Positions 61,951 to 64,000 of a stretch of 64,000 bases of DNA are shown piece after piece. The notes beneath the pieces were generated by a model. It saw only the letters and a list, made by a program, of their open reading frames with translations, did no database searches and had not been told where the DNA came from. The stretch lies in the NCBI GenBank assembly GCA_000146045.2, contig BK006938.2, positions 1,088,001 to 1,152,000 on the forward strand, given 5' to 3'. The DNA comes from TPA_inf: Saccharomyces (Eukaryota). Each line of letters begins with the position of its first letter. Positions within the stretch are counted from its first letter, which is position 1. Made by a program: the position numbers and the translations under genes.

Positions 61951-62520
61951 TTAAAAGACATCTGGCAATTTTTCAATGACGTATGCGTGACCGCCTACGC
62001 TCATCAAAGGAATTCCAGGGATTTTTCTAATTCTTTGTTTCAGGCCGGCATCGTTTGTAGCTACGATGTAACACTTATGTTGTAAGACTCGATGCACTAA
62101 ACAGTCATCCGCGTACGTACCCTTGTGCGAACAGCTTAGTCTCTTTATTCTAGGATCTCGAGCCAGTTTCAAGGCGATACGGTACTTGGGGCCCAATTTT
62201 TCTAACTCTGCCATCACACAATCTGTGATTAACGGGTTACATTTTGCGAGTAGACAGTCCATCATTCCTCTAACAATATCGACTTTTTTCTGGATAGAAA
62301 AATTTATAAAATTGGTATCTATCAGTACTTGATAAGGTGGCTTTATAGCTTGATTGTATTGAAAGAAAAGTGCACTTGATACTTGTGGTATATTCCTGGT
62401 TAGCTCAGGGTCTTCTTTAGTTTTGATATTTTCCTGGTTTTTCTTCAATCTTTGGTCTTTCTTGGTGTTCAAAGTTCTTTTTACGAGGCCAAACTTTCTT
62501 GTTTTCTTAGCTTTACCCAT
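61951..62520 (-). CDS. FCF1: PIN-domain SSU-processome nuclease-like protein, 189 aa
   Basis: The true start is MGKAKKTRKFGLVKRT at 62520 (the track adds 14 aa). The PIN-domain core is (…YQVLIDTNFINF… …YIVATNDAGLKQRIRKIPGIPLM). Confidence 0.88.
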   Translation of the reverse strand: MGKAKKTRKFGLVKRTLNTKKDQRLKKNQENIKTKEDPELTRNIPQVSSALFFQYNQAIKPPYQVLIDTNFINFSIQKKVDIVRGMMDCLLAKCNPLITDCVMAELEKLGPKYRIALKLARDPRIKRLSCSHKGTYADDCLVHRVLQHKCYIVATNDAGLKQRIRKIPGIPLMSVGGHAYVIEKLPDVF

Positions 62521-62625
62521 AATTAACTGTTGTAGTATATCGATATTTCCGTTACAAGTCACTGTTATTGTGTGTTAATGCACAGTAATGTTTAAAGAGG
62601 CATCATTCAAGAATAGTAGCAAGCT

Positions 62626-62635
62626 GAAAAATTTT
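62626..62635. promoter_or_regulatory. RRPE-like motif (GAAAAATTTT) about 110 bp upstream of FCF1
   Basis: The sequence is gcTGAAAAATTTTAgc, in the 5' region of a ribosome-biogenesis gene. Confidence 0.35.
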
Positions 62636-62841
62636 AGCCGTTCATAATGATACCTTTAGAAATATGCCAAATTTTTTTGTTATATCTTCCAGTAGGAACC
62701 GATAGTTTGAGTAATGTTTATAAAATCATTGCAAGTGAATAAGCAATTAATGGCAATAGTCCACAAACGATAGGTACATGAAGGTGGCTCACAATCAAAA
62801 AAATCAAGCTTTAAAATAGTGGATGTAGAAAAAATAAAGTG

Positions 62842-62941
62842 CGTCACAGACAGGATTCGAACCTGCGCAGGTAAAACCCAATGCCTAATTGCTTTTCTGA
62901 GGAAATAGCAGGCATCGCCTTAACCACTCGGCCACTGGGAC
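62842..62941 (-). tRNA. tRNA-Ser(GCU) with a roughly 19-nt intron
   Basis: The minus strand reads GTCCCAGTGGCCGAGTGGTTAAGGCGATGCCTGCTA[intron]AGGCATTGGGTTTTACCTGCGCAGGTTCGAATCCTGTCTGTGACG. It has a class-II long variable arm, A and B boxes, anticodon GCT, and a Pol III T-run at plus 62829-62838. Confidence 0.85.
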
Positions 62942-63038
62942 TGAAACACTTTGAAGTGAAAGTGTTTCTAGTTTTCTATATCATTACTATGGTGAAAATC
63001 TATATTTTCTTGATTAGGAATAAAATCATGGAAAGAAG

Positions 63039-63368
63039 TGTTGGAATAAAAATTCACTATCGTCTGTCAACTAATAGTTATAGTATCAATATACTATCAT
63101 ATACGGTGTTAGATTATGACATAAGTTATGAGAAGCTGTCATCGAAGTTAGGGGAAGCTGAAGTGCAAGGATTGATAATGTAATAGGATAATGAAACATA
63201 TAAAACGGAATGAGGAATAATCGTAATATTAGTGTATAGAAATATAGATTCCATTTTGGGATTCCTATATCCTCGAGGAGAATTTCTAGTATATTCTGTA
63301 TACCTAATATTATAGCCTTTATCGACAATGGAATCCCAACAATTATCTCAAAATTCACCCAATTCTCA
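63039..63368 (+). repeat. Solo delta (Ty1/Ty2 LTR), about 330 bp, roughly 98 bp upstream of the tRNA-Ser 5' end
   Basis: It runs TGTTGGAATAAAAATTCACTATCGTCTGTCAACTAATAG... to ...CCCAATTCTCA. It carries roughly 5-10% substitutions relative to the Ty1 LTRs at 7767, so it is older. Confidence 0.9.
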
Positions 63369-63560
63369 ATTTGATAATTGTTGGGATTCCATTGTAAAGA
63401 AAATCGGTATTTCTACATTATAATATTACGATTATTTCTCCTTTTGTTTTTTATGGTTTTCATTACCCTATCACATTATCAATCTTTATATTTCAGATTC
63501 CATTAAATTTGATAACTTGGTTGATAGATGACAGTTAATTCTTTTTCCAATAGAAACAAC
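63369..63560 (-). repeat. Inverted, truncated and degenerate delta fragments directly abutting the solo delta, head to head
   Basis: 63371-63440 (atttgataattgttgggattccattgtaaagaaaatcggtatttctacattataatattacgattatttctcc) is the reverse complement of the delta U5 region. 63470-63540 (cattaccctatcacattatcaatctttatatttcagattcc...) matches the reverse-complemented delta interior, more weakly. Confidence 0.6.
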
Positions 63561-63802
63561 GAAGACTTTTTTCTTACTTTTTGTTGATGTTTTTCAAGTT
63601 CTGTTTGACCCGTATTTTTCTACGTTAAAATCGTGATTACTTTACGAATCTTGTTTTCTTATTTTTTTTCGATCTATTTAATGAAATGTGGACAATGGCC
63701 CCTAACAAAAAGATGGCAAGGATTGAAATAATCCGTTTATACAATTTATATCCAATTATAGAAATAAAACACATTTGAAGAATGGCTTGGTGGAAAAGTT
63801 TA

Positions 63803-64000
63803 TTACATTCTTTCTACGGGAGTTAAACCTAACAAGCGCATACCGTTGTATAAAACTTGTCTTGCAGCACCATATAGAGCCAGACGGGCAGTTGCTAATT
63901 CTTCAGTTTGACCAGCAACCCATAAGACGTCATAACAAGAAGAAACCTGGTGAGTCAATTTGAATAAATATGTGACCACGGTTGTTGGCTCGTGGGTTTT
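63803..64000 (-). CDS. C-terminal 66 codons of a cytosolic arginyl-tRNA synthetase (locus recalled as YDR341C); the N-terminus is outside the window
   Basis: The minus-strand translation ends ...ELATARLALYGAARQVLYNGMRLLGLTPVERM*, which is the DALR anticodon-binding domain terminus characteristic of ArgRS. The plus-strand ORF at 63775-63963 is spurious. Confidence 0.85.
   Translation of the reverse strand, partial: KTHEPTTVVTYLFKLTHQVSSCYDVLWVAGQTEELATARLALYGAARQVLYNGMRLLGLTPVERM

Noticed and set aside
62881-63183. 100-aa plus-strand ORF spanning tRNA-Ser(GCU) and the solo delta
   Set aside because: It reads through a tRNA gene and an LTR. This is an artefact ORF (recalled as dubious YDR340W), as is the 90-aa minus-strand ORF at 63086-63358 inside the delta.
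63775-63963. 62-aa plus-strand ORF at the right end of the window
   Set aside because: It is antisense to the clear arginyl-tRNA synthetase C-terminus (…LGLTPVERM) on the minus strand.

Overview
This window reads as a gene-dense yeast nuclear segment. The inferred proteins match, one after another and in the same order, the Saccharomyces cerevisiae chromosome IV right-arm interval that I recall as YDR312W (SSF2) through YDR341C (arginyl-tRNA synthetase). About 30 protein-coding genes lie on both strands, compact, with one spliced gene (MCM21, a 52-nt exon 1 plus an 83-nt intron). Two intron-containing tRNA genes are present, tRNA-Phe(GAA) and tRNA-Ser(GCU), and each has retrotransposon LTR material in the Pol III-targeted zone just upstream of its 5' end. 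At 7767-13692 there is a complete Ty1 element: near-identical 338-bp LTRs, intact TYA and TYA-TYB, the CTT-AGG-C +1 frameshift site, and an AATCT target-site duplication. That Ty1 is itself inserted into an older, diverged delta lying in the opposite orientation. A solo delta plus inverted delta fragments lie about 100 bp upstream of tRNA-Ser. Gene names and expected protein lengths are recalled from the reference annotation; domain motifs, splice signals, LTR boundaries and TSDs were read directly from the sequence. The supplied ORF track clearly permits GTG/TTG/CTG starts and over-extends several N-termini, so starts were reset to the first plausible ATG. I found no CRISPR array, no prokaryotic-style operon or defence island, and no convincing novel system. 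The second-look items are the nested Ty/tRNA architecture, candidate promoter elements (RRPE/PAC, a CCAAT pair, a GC-rich block, poly(dA:dT) tracts), a candidate ARS match, the non-consensus MCM21 branchpoint, the internal domain duplication in YSP2, and an uncharacterised MATE transporter.
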